Positions 30,601 to 40,400 of a stretch of 64,000 nt of DNA are shown in pieces (position 1 is the stretch's first letter; the number at the start of each line of letters is the position of its first letter). The notes under the pieces were generated by a model, which worked only from the letters and a program-made list of their open reading frames with translations, was not told the DNA's origin and searched no databases. The stretch comes from an uncultured Lachnospiraceae bacterium (lineage in GTDB: Bacteria; Bacillota; Clostridia; Christensenellales; UBA1242), in NCBI GenBank assembly GCA_964600435.1, contig CAZRJB010000002.1:36150-100149 (forward strand), read 5' to 3'. The position numbers and the translations under genes were made by a program.

Positions 30601-33600
30601 CCGCCAACATTAGAGCCAACAATTCCGCCAAAATTGGTTGCATTTGACAAAGCAAAAATGCTTGCATGAATTCCATAAAGCCCAATTGTGATTAAATCTT
30701 GTGATAATGTGTTTTGAATTGTTCCAGTATTATAGCCAACAATTCCGCCAAAATTTGATGTCTGCGAACCACTGAACTCAACCGAAAGCGTTGTTGTTTT
30801 TGTGTTGCAAACCATTAATGTGTAATTTTTACAATTGTCATCAATTTGGATTGTTCCTATGTTTGTGCCTGCAACCAAACCAAAATTTACATTGATTGAG
30901 TCATTTTGGGTGTTCACAACAACTGTGTTTTGTTCATTTAATTCAACAAACACATTTGAAATTGTTCCGTTGTTTGTTCCACACAAAAGCCCAATGTTTG
31001 TTTCTGAATTTACATTGTATTCACTTGAAAACAACCCACTTATGCTCAAGTTGTAAACTTTTGCATCATTTTCAATTGTTTGAAACAAACCTTTGTTAAC
31101 TTTGAAATTGGTTATTCTTCCATATTGGTTAATGTTTTTAAAGTCTTTATGGTCTGAATATAAAAATGTTCCACGAATTGAACCTGTTAAAATTCCAAGG
31201 TTAACTAGTTCATTTTTGCAATCTATTTCGGTATCTACATAGTAGTGTTTGTCGGGCGACAAGGTTTTTAAGTCTTGCAAAGAAGAAATTTTTAAAGCGG
31301 TTTGTTCAGACAAGCCGTCAGCACAAACAAAGTTTAATTCTAGGTGATAGTAATAATTTCCGTTGGAATCTGTTGGAGAATTTGTTTTCATAACAGAAAT
31401 TGGGAAAATTAAAACTTTGCCCGAACCAGCACTGTTAAACTTAAAGGTTATTTTGTTATTGTCGGTTTCTGCGATTTCTGCAATTAAACAATTTGAATCT
31501 TTTGTGTCAATATATACAAAAACTTCTTTAAAGTTTGCATTTTCGGGATAAACTTGAACATTTATTGTTTTTTCTGCGTTTACTGCATCCAAATATATAT
31601 ATTCTTCTGGACTAGAAAGCCAAATGCTTTCAACATTAATATATTTTTCAACAACCAAAGTCACGTCCGATTTAAAGGTTTCGTTTGTGTTGGAATCTTT
31701 AATTTCAACCGAAATGTTTATCGAATCGGCATTGCTTAAACCAAGGTAGTTAAACTCAAATTTTCCAATGTAGCCTTTGTCATTTATTGTAGCAACTTCA
31801 TTATTTAGGCTATTAAAGGTTAAAGTTCCAATTGATGTTCCATTGTTGTTTTTAACCGAACCATCTTGTTTAATTGTAAAAGTTTCGTTATCATAAACAA
31901 ATTCAATGTCAGCAAGATTAATTGGATGATTTGTGGTGCCTTCTGAACTCATGTTAACATTTAAATATAAATAAGTTGATGCAAGGTTAACATTTTTATA
32001 AGACAAATCTCTTTTGTTGTATATGCTTGCTTTTTTTAACAAATCGTTCTGATCAACTTGTTCATTTTTGCTGCTGGCATAAAGCGAAGCGGACTTTATG
32101 TAATTTATGCATTTTAAGCGGACTGTTATGTTTTCTATTTCTGGTTCTTTCAATTGAAACAAAAGTGTGCCGTTGTGGTCACGACTGATTTTGTTTAACG
32201 TTATGGCAACTGTTAATGTTTTTGTTGTGTTTTCTTCTGTAAAATTTTTTGTTGTTATTGTTCCGTTTTCAGAAACTTCAAAATTATCGTAGTTTTCAAG
32301 CGAATAAGAATAAGTGAAAGAATTTTGATTGTAGTCTTTAAATGTTGTTGTTGGTTTTACGGCAAGATTAACTTTTGAGCCTATTCCTTTTATTGTTATG
32401 GTGTTTAAATTGCCGCCATCATCATAACCAAAGTCTGAAACATTATTGTTGACTTGGTCGGCAAAATCAAGTTTGAGGCCACTCTCGTTAATCTCTCTAA
32501 AAATTATCACTTTTAATGTTGTTTGAAGCCCGTTTGCTGTTGTAAATTCAAAGGTTTGTTCGCCAACACTTTTTGGAGTGATTGTTATTTGTGTAGACAA
32601 GCTGCTTGTTTGTTCAATTGTGCATATGTTTTGTTTAGACGATGAATAAATTGACATTTTGCCAGGAACTGCATCTTTTGATTCGTTTTGACACACCAAA
32701 CCATTGAATGTATATTCTTTTGTTTCTTCTTCTAGTGGTAAATATATTATTCCATTTGTAAAGCTTGTATTAACATAAAAACTTGTTGCACCGGCAAACA
32801 CATTAATGTTTATTTCTCTAGAACAAATCTTTTCATGAGTGCTTAGGTCGGCAGTTTTATCACCTTTGTAGCAAACAACTTTTATGTAATAGTTTGTGGT
32901 TGCAGAAATTGCAGAAATTGTTATTGCATTTTTCAACTCGCCTAAGTCAAAAACCGTATTGTTGTCATCAGGCTCTAACCCACCAAGTTTAACAGTAAAG
33001 GATTTTTTAATTTCTGAATAATTTACTGATGTAGGGTCTTGGGTTGTGCTCCCAGTTTCAGGTTTTTTCCAAAACTCTAATTTGTAAGAATAATTTTCCA
33101 CAACCGCTTTTTGTGGCATGATTCCAAACTTTAAACTTTTGGAAGTTGCATTTCCGGTTGTATATAATTCAATTTCGGTAAGATTTGCTTGATTGTTGAC
33201 TGTTATGTTGTTAGGTTCGCAAATTGCACTAACCTCAATTGTTACATCGACTTTGTTTTCTTCAAAATCGTTTTGATACACTTCAAATTTTAGTTCTGAG
33301 TCTGTTAAAGTAACATCTGAGGCAGACAAAATAAATTCGGAATTTTTGTTGATTATGATTGGATTTGTGCAAACATCAACTCCATCAAGAGTAATGTTTT
33401 TTGATGCGGAAATTTTTATGGAATATTTATCTCCAAACAAAAAGTCAACCTTTAGTTTCTTTTTGTAACCTGAATCTTTTGTTAAAACAAGTTCAACAGG
33501 TTGGTTTTTGCCCTCTCCTGCTTCAATTAATGGAGTAAAATCATTGCCAAAACTATCAACGTTGTCTGTGCTTTGGTTTGCATATGAAATGTTTAACCCT

Positions 33601-34262
33601 CCTAAATCTATTTCATCAGCAATTTTAACCACCAAATTTGTGGTAATGTTTGAATTATGCATGCTTGTGGCTTTTATTGTGATTGTGTCCGCTGTGCAAC
33701 CATTTTCTACCATTAAAACATTGGTTTCTTTGTTGAAAGTTACACCAGTTATGCCTTGAGAATTTTCGTCCAATTCAAACGTTAAACCTGTTAGTGTTGC
33801 ATTTTCGGGGGTGAATGTAAACATTGAAGAGTCAATTTTTAAAGAACCACCCTTTTTGATGTATATGTTTTGTTTTGCGGAAACAGATTCAATTTCTTTT
33901 GCAACAACAACGGGAACAGAAATGTGATTGCCGATTCCCCTTAAAGTTATTGTTAAAGTTGTGTTTCCTTCAGATATTGGTGCTATCGAGAATTTGTATT
34001 CTCCACCACCTAAGTTTTCTATTGATTTGTCAACATATGCGGCTTTTTGCTCTGCAAAATAAAAGTCAAATTCCGCATTAAAATCAAAATAGTTATTAAT
34101 TACAATTGTGTAATCAACTTTTTGGTCGGTTGTTAACATTTCAATTTTGTCTGCGTTTTTTAAAGACAGCGAAAGAGAACCATAGTCCTGCGAACAGCCG
34201 GACAACATTGCTCCAGTTAAAATTATTAATAATAATGTGACTATGCTTAATGTTTTTTTCAT
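24606..34262 (-). CDS. giant surface lipoprotein (about 3218 aa) with Ig-like regions and three GLUG-like repeat blocks
   Basis: Uninterrupted 9.7-kb ORF. Start at M15 of the track ORF, with a GGAGAG SD. MKKTLSIVTLLLIILTGAMLSGC is a lipoprotein signal with lipobox LSGC. More than 20 motifs by eye of the type NFGGIVGYNTGTIQN / VAGFVYENSGDIMDCYS. Confidence 0.85.
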   Translation of the reverse strand: MKKTLSIVTLLLIILTGAMLSGCSQDYGSLSLSLKNADKIEMLTTDQKVDYTIVINNYFDFNAEFDFYFAEQKAAYVDKSIENLGGGEYKFSIAPISEGNTTLTITLRGIGNHISVPVVVAKEIESVSAKQNIYIKKGGSLKIDSSMFTFTPENATLTGLTFELDENSQGITGVTFNKETNVLMVENGCTADTITIKATSMHNSNITTNLVVKIADEIDLGGLNISYANQSTDNVDSFGNDFTPLIEAGEGKNQPVELVLTKDSGYKKKLKVDFLFGDKYSIKISASKNITLDGVDVCTNPIIINKNSEFILSASDVTLTDSELKFEVYQNDFEENKVDVTIEVSAICEPNNITVNNQANLTEIELYTTGNATSKSLKFGIMPQKAVVENYSYKLEFWKKPETGSTTQDPTSVNYSEIKKSFTVKLGGLEPDDNNTVFDLGELKNAITISAISATTNYYIKVVCYKGDKTADLSTHEKICSREININVFAGATSFYVNTSFTNGIIYLPLEEETKEYTFNGLVCQNESKDAVPGKMSIYSSSKQNICTIEQTSSLSTQITITPKSVGEQTFEFTTANGLQTTLKVIIFREINESGLKLDFADQVNNNVSDFGYDDGGNLNTITIKGIGSKVNLAVKPTTTFKDYNQNSFTYSYSLENYDNFEVSENGTITTKNFTEENTTKTLTVAITLNKISRDHNGTLLFQLKEPEIENITVRLKCINYIKSASLYASSKNEQVDQNDLLKKASIYNKRDLSYKNVNLASTYLYLNVNMSSEGTTNHPINLADIEFVYDNETFTIKQDGSVKNNNGTSIGTLTFNSLNNEVATINDKGYIGKFEFNYLGLSNADSINISVEIKDSNTNETFKSDVTLVVEKYINVESIWLSSPEEYIYLDAVNAEKTINVQVYPENANFKEVFVYIDTKDSNCLIAEIAETDNNKITFKFNSAGSGKVLIFPISVMKTNSPTDSNGNYYYHLELNFVCADGLSEQTALKISSLQDLKTLSPDKHYYVDTEIDCKNELVNLGILTGSIRGTFLYSDHKDFKNINQYGRITNFKVNKGLFQTIENDAKVYNLSISGLFSSEYNVNSETNIGLLCGTNNGTISNVFVELNEQNTVVVNTQNDSINVNFGLVAGTNIGTIQIDDNCKNYTLMVCNTKTTTLSVEFSGSQTSNFGGIVGYNTGTIQNTLSQDLITIGLYGIHASIFALSNATNFGGIVGSNVGGTISGLKVTGEIDGRIIKTNTDNTKKTLSATNVAGFVATSSGGEIKNNTSRIFVRGSGTILSGFVAASSGTTYSNNKIQAVDNGERTGINASFIVYYGAYDSNKVLVTAPSSIAAGITAETYFKRNIHSGLSAANSNTSIEYDYSGDDGNSKDYYYGDVVFADSTNIYYYSKFTEGSEDSLPNNIKMVIAAYMQASNSVDQQKISNLTDTISLLKYLNITCRDIDLEIKNPSVARLEYYGKNICILGVGALNIKISSALNYTNQTTAELNITNYYDTITAYKNKEKTESMSKITLVNNQTTFVYFKAASSFYNYKNTPITLAQNNEISFEVNGNITDLLISVQGTTAFVTRKAEITTDEISFYTIFKLDGYTYYCETKKTDNSEDMVVGDNNKKLLVFAKQKTINSSYTYELNGYTVEATMGIENVKTNKSHLSAEPTDTIEFFLTYNTFDDSDFFSAQLGVGEETKDSNGNTIIDYQYFNLKNNSQKIGIKGSGTFETEEEKTLFTLKWGDVIDLQNLTKRIDFSLRMLGEGSFDTETYNYLVGKTIKLVLTSHKTNQSITVYITITPETISSVLINNFDSSNNTEMITSSNGVNTFDLKEMLYSGNQASTAELNTINAYVNTKYSQFDYVDVTMQLQAEGGYLGYIQYDSANKKGTVSSDSVYTSITGGSTIRIFKNSIKEIDDSLLIGLVYKIPKTVADGTIIPITFSFYNKNVSEPVWVETTNLISKLTNQVSFEIYNKKVVEELADYKTYNVAEGMTYLLDTTIVGYTSDEAVFESDNPGIANVVYAGGSYYLKISNNINYESNAYKEVIITSYGKKDSSESIKKTTKLHIYKFLVADNMFGENNTINLRLLESTNVLNVIADKIQFECANINTPSQNQFLESFKTNAQLFLIDKNTNEIQITNTTNLSYDEFILNRQTITTKLVQSPCNFSFVIKYKLDAIEGVPTISEPAETDILTSYQFEVNSYLSTTSDNATPIYNYNDMLEMKDDEYYRQVADITISPSQLQMLTVSPKMFDGNGYKIKISSGTINFALDSSSDFALFKTNKTGNIIKNVTIEILGNLNIVLDNNTSSNGANIALLVAENNGIITNCAIKSTNVVTVDILSTIVVMENSFFAGLCANNYGDITNCQVECNLTASGASLAGVVANNVGHVASSYIKNSRIHNTTSTTNENITTAGFVCRNTGSIAMCYVEGLMNSASKRIYADYAASDSKASKIIYTATKVAGFVYENSGDIMDCYSNIPIMSTNESSGFVAKATSGTITRVFSLSKLKQQDTLNYGFVASHEQTEENVIFKDCFFLIEDNLINYNTSQTNYTYSETDNKIVSVIDGIEPLSIADFNVCDSTGQFKQDSKLKSFVTNNKKSQGVWFYVFDSTKEASTSFNMFTYSTKVDGENALNGEYIARRLHLVSPNIIAFSQLDINFDKNNPDKYIYTTSSSSQTPGSETNPYLISSVNEFETYCNQLNGEYSYYRQICSINYIEEQKYSSNLYNKSLIGYYEGNGFSISGYSVNTITSNLSAGLFASIGSQESQISCLKNTIFEPYYINLPNSIYVGAIAGTAINASVANVSVLGEDVVVIGKNIVGGLFGRTTDETFLSLIYSNISVKASHYNSTALTTNKTNVEGLLRLIQFSEINSNGGQVSYSGSLVGYVGGVANITQASVGENAKTFAMISGLMFGGIGGIAKVSNFNLNLNSFDNSVEAYAFAGYVAGEIKGEVNNFSINSKIINYNAFTCYPITPVSIGGVAGYAKGAKIDGLNSLDGYSVVGAHILGVQEDQHLKVHNPYIARYVGGIVGYAEGVKVGNVSIGNTVYKEQGKIDYNKSTGLALMGSYYVGGIFGCTKETNTITETTKINFVGEKTYINAEEVSETNKLYFSYVSESVGENIPTYSFENIQQIGLVAGNEKTFKNNVVGFTLETDVKIELTLLSDLEVFFETYKGVNTNESGINREIVLWQDKICMTESDLKILLTKKVVTNSDTVIPEQITPITITQ

Positions 34263-34402
34263 AGTTCTCTCTCCGTTCTTTATTTTTTTTGTTTTGTTTT
34301 TCATTTTTCTTGTTTTTTTGTTATTTTAACATTTTTTCAACCAAAACCATAACTTTTTTAAACATATTTATTTTGTTTTTATAATTATGTGTTGCCATTA
34401 TG

Positions 34403-37400
34403 TTAGTTGCTAGTTGGCAATCCGGAAATTGTTTTGTTAGTGTCAACCTTAGAAATTTCATAGAACCCGCCAAAGTTTGCAAGTTGTGTATATTTCGCAG
34501 ATAATTCTTCATTATATACATAATATACTGTTGAACCCGCTCCTTGCCCTGCTATTATTGCAATGTATAAAGTGAATTCTTTATCATCGAGTTTTATTGT
34601 TTTAGAGTAAAGTTTGTCGTTAGAAATTAAAGTTGGATTTTCTATAACACTTTTGTCAGCAACTGTTGTAAAGCCTTTGTAAGGATTATCTGTGTCTGCT
34701 GTTTCAATACTTGTGCCGGTTATGATATTACCATTTTGCTCTGTTGTTAGATTATTTTCTCCAACAAACACATAGGTTGTGGTTTTAACAACTTTTCCGT
34801 CAGAATCTTTGTACCCTATTGAAATTGTGCCGCTTGAATTAACTGTGTAAGTTGTTTTGTCTGTGTCAATTGTTGGAGAAGTTGTACTACTACAGCTTGT
34901 GCATGTGCAGGTTGAGCCAGATTTGCAACCAAATTCACTACATGTGCAGGTTGTGCATGTGCAAGTTTGTGATAAAGTAACCTGATTGTTAGAATAACTG
35001 ATTTCTATTTTTGTTTCTTTTTCAGTGTAAGTTGTTGTGTAACTATAGAACAAATCGCCCAAATTTGCTTCAATGTCCACTTGAACATCTTTCCAATTTC
35101 TGGTTATGGATAATGTAGAAATTTCGCTTTCTGCTGGTTGAACCAAGTTGTCTTGAATGTTATAAATGTTATCATCTGCATCTTTTGGAACAAAACTTGG
35201 GTAGCGGTCTGGTGCATTGTTTTGCCATTTAGTTATTAAGGATATTGCTGTTTTATCAGAACCATTATCTCCGAGTGTATACGTAATGTTGCCACAAGAC
35301 TGGAACTTGTCATTATTAACCAAATAAACATAATCTGTAACATTATAGTTACTATCTATGCAAGCAACAACAAGGTAGGTTTTATTATTAAATGTGTACG
35401 ATTGAACCGAAAGATAATTATAGTTCTTTCCACCAAAACTAAACGAGCTGTTATAATCTATTTTAATTTCGCCACCAATTGTTAAGCTAGAAGTGTAAGT
35501 GCCGGTAATTTTTTTATTGTCTGTTTTTGGTTCGACAGTGTATGTCGTTGGAGTTTGATTCCCATCGGTTGCAGTGAAGGTTGGTTCGCCGTTAACTATA
35601 TAAGTTATTTCGGCAACTGTTGTGCTGACACTCGTTAGCGTGGTTTTGATTTTTGCAGCATTATTATACTGACTAGAATCAGTGATTTTTTCACCACTAC
35701 CATCTATGTATTTTGTTTCAATTGTTAATGGATTGTTTGAGTTATTATAAGCAGAATAAATTACGCCATTTTTATGTGCAAAGCGTGCTACAACATTTCC
35801 GTTACTATTTTTAACTTGATAATAATTATGCTTAATGTTGATTTCATAATTGTTTGCATTTAAGTTAGCGCTGCCGCCAACAAGTGCTTCTATCATTGTT
35901 GGAAGAGTTATTGTGCAAAGGCTTAATGTTGGAATTGTGCCCTCGTCTGGAAGTGTTGTTGCCCCATTAACATATTCAGCATTGCTGTATTCAGTTGTGG
36001 TTGTGGGGGTGGTATCGTCACTAACCGTTTCCGTTTTTGAAACAATAAATTTTTGTGATAGAGAAAGTGTGTTGCTATTCTCAGCAAAACTTGCATATAA
36101 CCCACCGCAAGACAAAGATACTGTTTTTGATGCTGATGAAAGTTTGTTGTTATCTCCGCTTGTGTTTGAACCGTTGTAATAAGTTGTTGTGCCATTTGCG
36201 GTAACAATTGTTGCAACTGTTGTGTTGTCGCTATCAGTTAGCGTGGTTGTGTTGTCGCTTGGTGTGGCGGTGAGAACTTCGCCGCTTGCACTTAAGTAAG
36301 TGGTCTTTTGTGTTATTGTTGCAACTGCTGTGCCGTCTTTCGTTAGCGTGGTTGTGTCGCCGTTTGTTCCTAGTTTATATGTTTCCCCATTAGAAGTAAA
36401 CTTATTGCCTTTAGCATCTGTGTAGATTGGCGTTTTACCACTGTTGTCTATGCATGCAACTATATCATAAACAGTTGTTTTGTCGCCTTTGATTATTCCA
36501 ACCAGTGGAGTTGAGGTGTTATCATAATAGAAAGTTACATCTTGTTTGAACACAACTCCGTCGCTATTTAAATAAGAAATTGAACCATCTTGGTTTGCTT
36601 GTTCTGTTAGTTTGTTGCCATCTCCGCTTGTGCTTGAACCTTCGTAATAAGTTGTTGTGCCGTTGCTGTCTGTAACAATTGTTGCAACTGTTGTGGTTGT
36701 TGTTTCCCCATTGGCACCTGTTTCGGTTTTCTTTAGCGTGATTTTGTTGTCGCTTGTTTCGGCGGTGAGTTCTTCTCCGCTAGCACTTACATATTGCTTT
36801 GTTGTTATTGTTGCAACTGCGTTGTTGGTGTTGTCTTTTATGTATGCTTTGGTTTTGTCTGTAGAGTCTTGTTTGTAAGTTAAAATGTTATTATAATCAT
36901 CATAATAAATTGTTGAGTTTGAAAGAATTGTTACAACTGTTTTGTTGTCGCTATCCGTTAGCGTGGTTGTGGTGCCGTTTGTTGTGGCGGTGAGAACTTT
37001 GCCGCTTGTGCTTGAACCGCTGTAATAAGTTGTTGTGCCATTTTCGGTAACAATTGTTACAACTGTTTTGTTGTCGCTATCCGTTAGCGTGGTTGTGGTG
37101 CCGTTTGTTGTGGCGGTGAGCAAAACATTATTTGCAATATAAAAATGCTCATCTTCGTCGGTGCTTTCAATATTAAACTTTATTGAATTGCTTAAATAGA
37201 TTTTTCCATCTAAAGTGTTAACAAAAACATCTCCATTACTTCCATTTTTATAAATTGTTGTATTTAATATTTTTAATACCAACTCTCCAGAGGTGTTAAA
37301 TAGTGAGCTAGCGCTATCTGAAGCTGCTGAACTTTCAAGTTCGTCTTCAAACAATTTATTTAATATTTTTGTATCATTTAAGTCTGAAACCAAACCACCA

Positions 37401-40400
37401 TAAACTCTGTTAGGTGTAAAAGCGGCATTTTTTTTGTATTTAGGTTCAGAAATACCATAATCAAACTTTTCCCTATTGGCTGTGATTGTAACATCACAAG
37501 ATTCTTCTCCGTTTTGTTGATATTCACTAAGTTGATAAATTTCAAGATTGTATCTGTCATCTTCGTTAACCTTATAGTTTACGTCATTCAAAACAATTGC
37601 ATATTCTAAAGTTTTTGATGTTGAAACAATTGCTTCTGTTTGGTTTGGTTTAAAGTACTCAATTTTTTTATCTACTGCAAGATAATATGCCTGAGTTCCA
37701 TTTACAACAGATGAACTAGCATTTGTTGTGCTAGAAGTTGTTGTTTTATACAAATAATATGTTAAGGTTGTTGTTTTATCATAAATCTTGTCACCAGCAT
37801 TAATATTGGTGCTATTGCCACTACCATAACTAATTTTCCCGTTTATTTCTGCAAGAGTGGTTTCTGTTATAGAAATTGTGTTTCCTGTTGTGTTATAGCT
37901 AATTGACAAAGATATTGTTTTTTGTTCAGGTCCTGATGTGGATTCAGTTGTTTCTTCTTCGCCATCTGAATTGGTTTTTGTTTCTTCTGTGGTTTCGGTT
38001 TTGTTTACGGCCAGATTGTTGAAACTTAGACTATTCAAGTTAGTAATTAAATTATTGCCGCTAATGGTATATGTTATGCCATTAATTGTAAAATTTCCTG
38101 AAACATTATTACTCGTAATATTAACAGAACTGCTATTATCAATTTTGTTGCCATCAGCACCGAGTGTTGTTTTACATATCCATCTGCTAACAATGCTGTT
38201 GTAAGTGATGTTTTGTGGAACCCCATCGTTTGCTGTTAGTGTGCCATCATCAGTTGCAGCAATATATTTGCTTGCAAATGCAGAAGAAGGATAAACAAAT
38301 TCGTCACCTGATTCATTTAACACATTAAAGCCTGCCAAAACGTAGCCAACATTTGAGAAACCTTTGCTGGTGCATCCAAATGTGACACCTTCAATTATGT
38401 TGATGGATTTGTCTTTCTTATTTACGCCAACAAAACCTCCGGCAGAGGCTGTTAAGCCTGGCGCTGTTACATCGGCAGAAATGATTATTGGAGTTGTTTT
38501 TCCAATGTTTAATGTTTTGTTAACAGCAACTGTGCCATTATTGTAGCCAACCACTCCACCAACATAAACATTTTCGCTGGATGCAACTTTAAGGCTAAGG
38601 TCATGCTGTGCACCCAAAGTTGTGGTTTGTTTGGTTTCACCAATACTTAAAGTGCCTGCATTGTTGCCAACAAAACCGCCGGCATAATTTATGCCTGAAA
38701 CAAGTTCAACTGAGCCTGTTAATTCAACATTGGCTAATGTTACAGAACCTGAAGTAACTGTTCCAATAAGTCCACCAAAAGAAATGTTCGTTTTGGTTGA
38801 ATCCTTAAAATTAATGTTTACAGAATTAATTTTAACATTTTTTATTGTAACTGCAGATTGCGAAACTTTTTCAACCACAGAGCCAATCAACAATCCAACA
38901 CTTGAACTGCCGTTAACACTGTTAATGTTAACTCCAGAAATTGTTATATTTTCAAGAGTGCAACCCGTTGTTGATTTAATAAAGCCAAGGGCTGTGTCAT
39001 TGTTGTTTGTTGATAAAACAACCTTTTTAAATATGGTGTAAAAATTCAAAACCTTAATTGTGCCGTTAAACTCGTTAATTAAGTTATCTCCAACATTAAT
39101 TTCTGTTTGATTATTGTTTAAATTAACTGTTACATAAATTGATGAAAAATCTATTTTATTATTATCACCTTTTACATTGTTATTATAATCATTTAATGTG
39201 TTAACGAGTTTGTTCCATGATTTTTCGTTTGTTATTGTAACTGCAGATTTTTCGTTTACGATACCAATTGTGTTGTCTGGGAATGTACCATCCGAGTCAA
39301 CTATACTTAAGAACAAATCAGCTTGAGTTTCTGGAATGTAATGACCATTGATAAGTGTCCAACAATTATTATTATTCGAGTTTTTCCAATCTTTAAACAC
39401 AGTATTTTGGGTGGTACTCTTGTCTTTGTTATATTTTAATGTTAACTTTGAGGTTTCTGTCTCATTTATAATTCTGCTAACATCTACTATTATGTTTTTG
39501 TCTGGTGTTGATGTTGAATTTGTTTCAACAATTTCCCCGAGAACTTCGATAGGAACCGAAGTGTAGTAATAGTATGCATGATGTACGTTAGAACCAGAAA
39601 GTTCAGTGAGTTTGATTAATCCTAAGTTATTATATGATTTTGAATAACTATCAAAAGCATTTTTTACTTGGATTTCTGTCACTTGAGTATATGTTGTAAT
39701 ATTAGAATCAACATAAATTTCTGCGCTTGAAGAGTCAGGACTGCTAGTTGAGCTACCTGATCCAGAACTTTGCAACACCGCAGTTGCACTTGCACCTGTT
39801 CCAATAACTGGTACAATTGAGTCAGAATGGTTTCCAAAAATATAATTAAAACATAGAATTTTTGAGGTGTCTGCGTCTTCATATTTCCACGTTGATTTTG
39901 TATTGTATTTTTTAAATCCGTGATAATAATTTTTCCCAAACGTCCATTTATTCTTTTTATACCAACCTATACCCTCTCCATAGTATGTTTTACCCCATAT
40001 GTTATTATCTACATCAACAAAGAACTTTTCCATGCGTTCTTGACAATTTTCACTATTGTAACCAACAAGTGAACCTAAAGAAACATTAATAAATTTTAGA
40101 TCATTTGAGTTGTCAAATATGGCATATCTATTAAACAACCCATCTTCCCATATGCTTTTATTTTTTGTCATAAATCTAGGGCTTGTTCCAAGATATTTTG
40201 TTAAATAGAATGTTGGTGTATCTAGCAATGTTGAAATTTTTGAAACTTCTTCCCTAAATGCCTTTACAGCAAAATATTTTTCTATCGCACCGCTGTATGC
40301 TGAAGCTAGAAATAACCAAGGAAGTTTTATGGACGATTTTTTCACAGAAGAACCTACATTTTTTGCTGTAATGTTTTCAATTGGTTTAATTGCTCTATAG

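Noticed and set aside
34406-34420. C-terminal LPTSN of the 6863-aa protein as an LPxTG-like sortase sorting signal.
   Set aside because: These are the very last five residues. No hydrophobic segment or positively charged tail follows, and the G is missing. It is not a functional cell-wall sorting signal.
36180-37130. CRISPR-like or minisatellite array suggested by the regularly spaced identical 69-nt repeats.
   Set aside because: The repeats are in frame within the giant CDS with a period of 126 nt (42 codons). The sequences between them are homologous repeat parts, not unique spacers. No cas genes are present.
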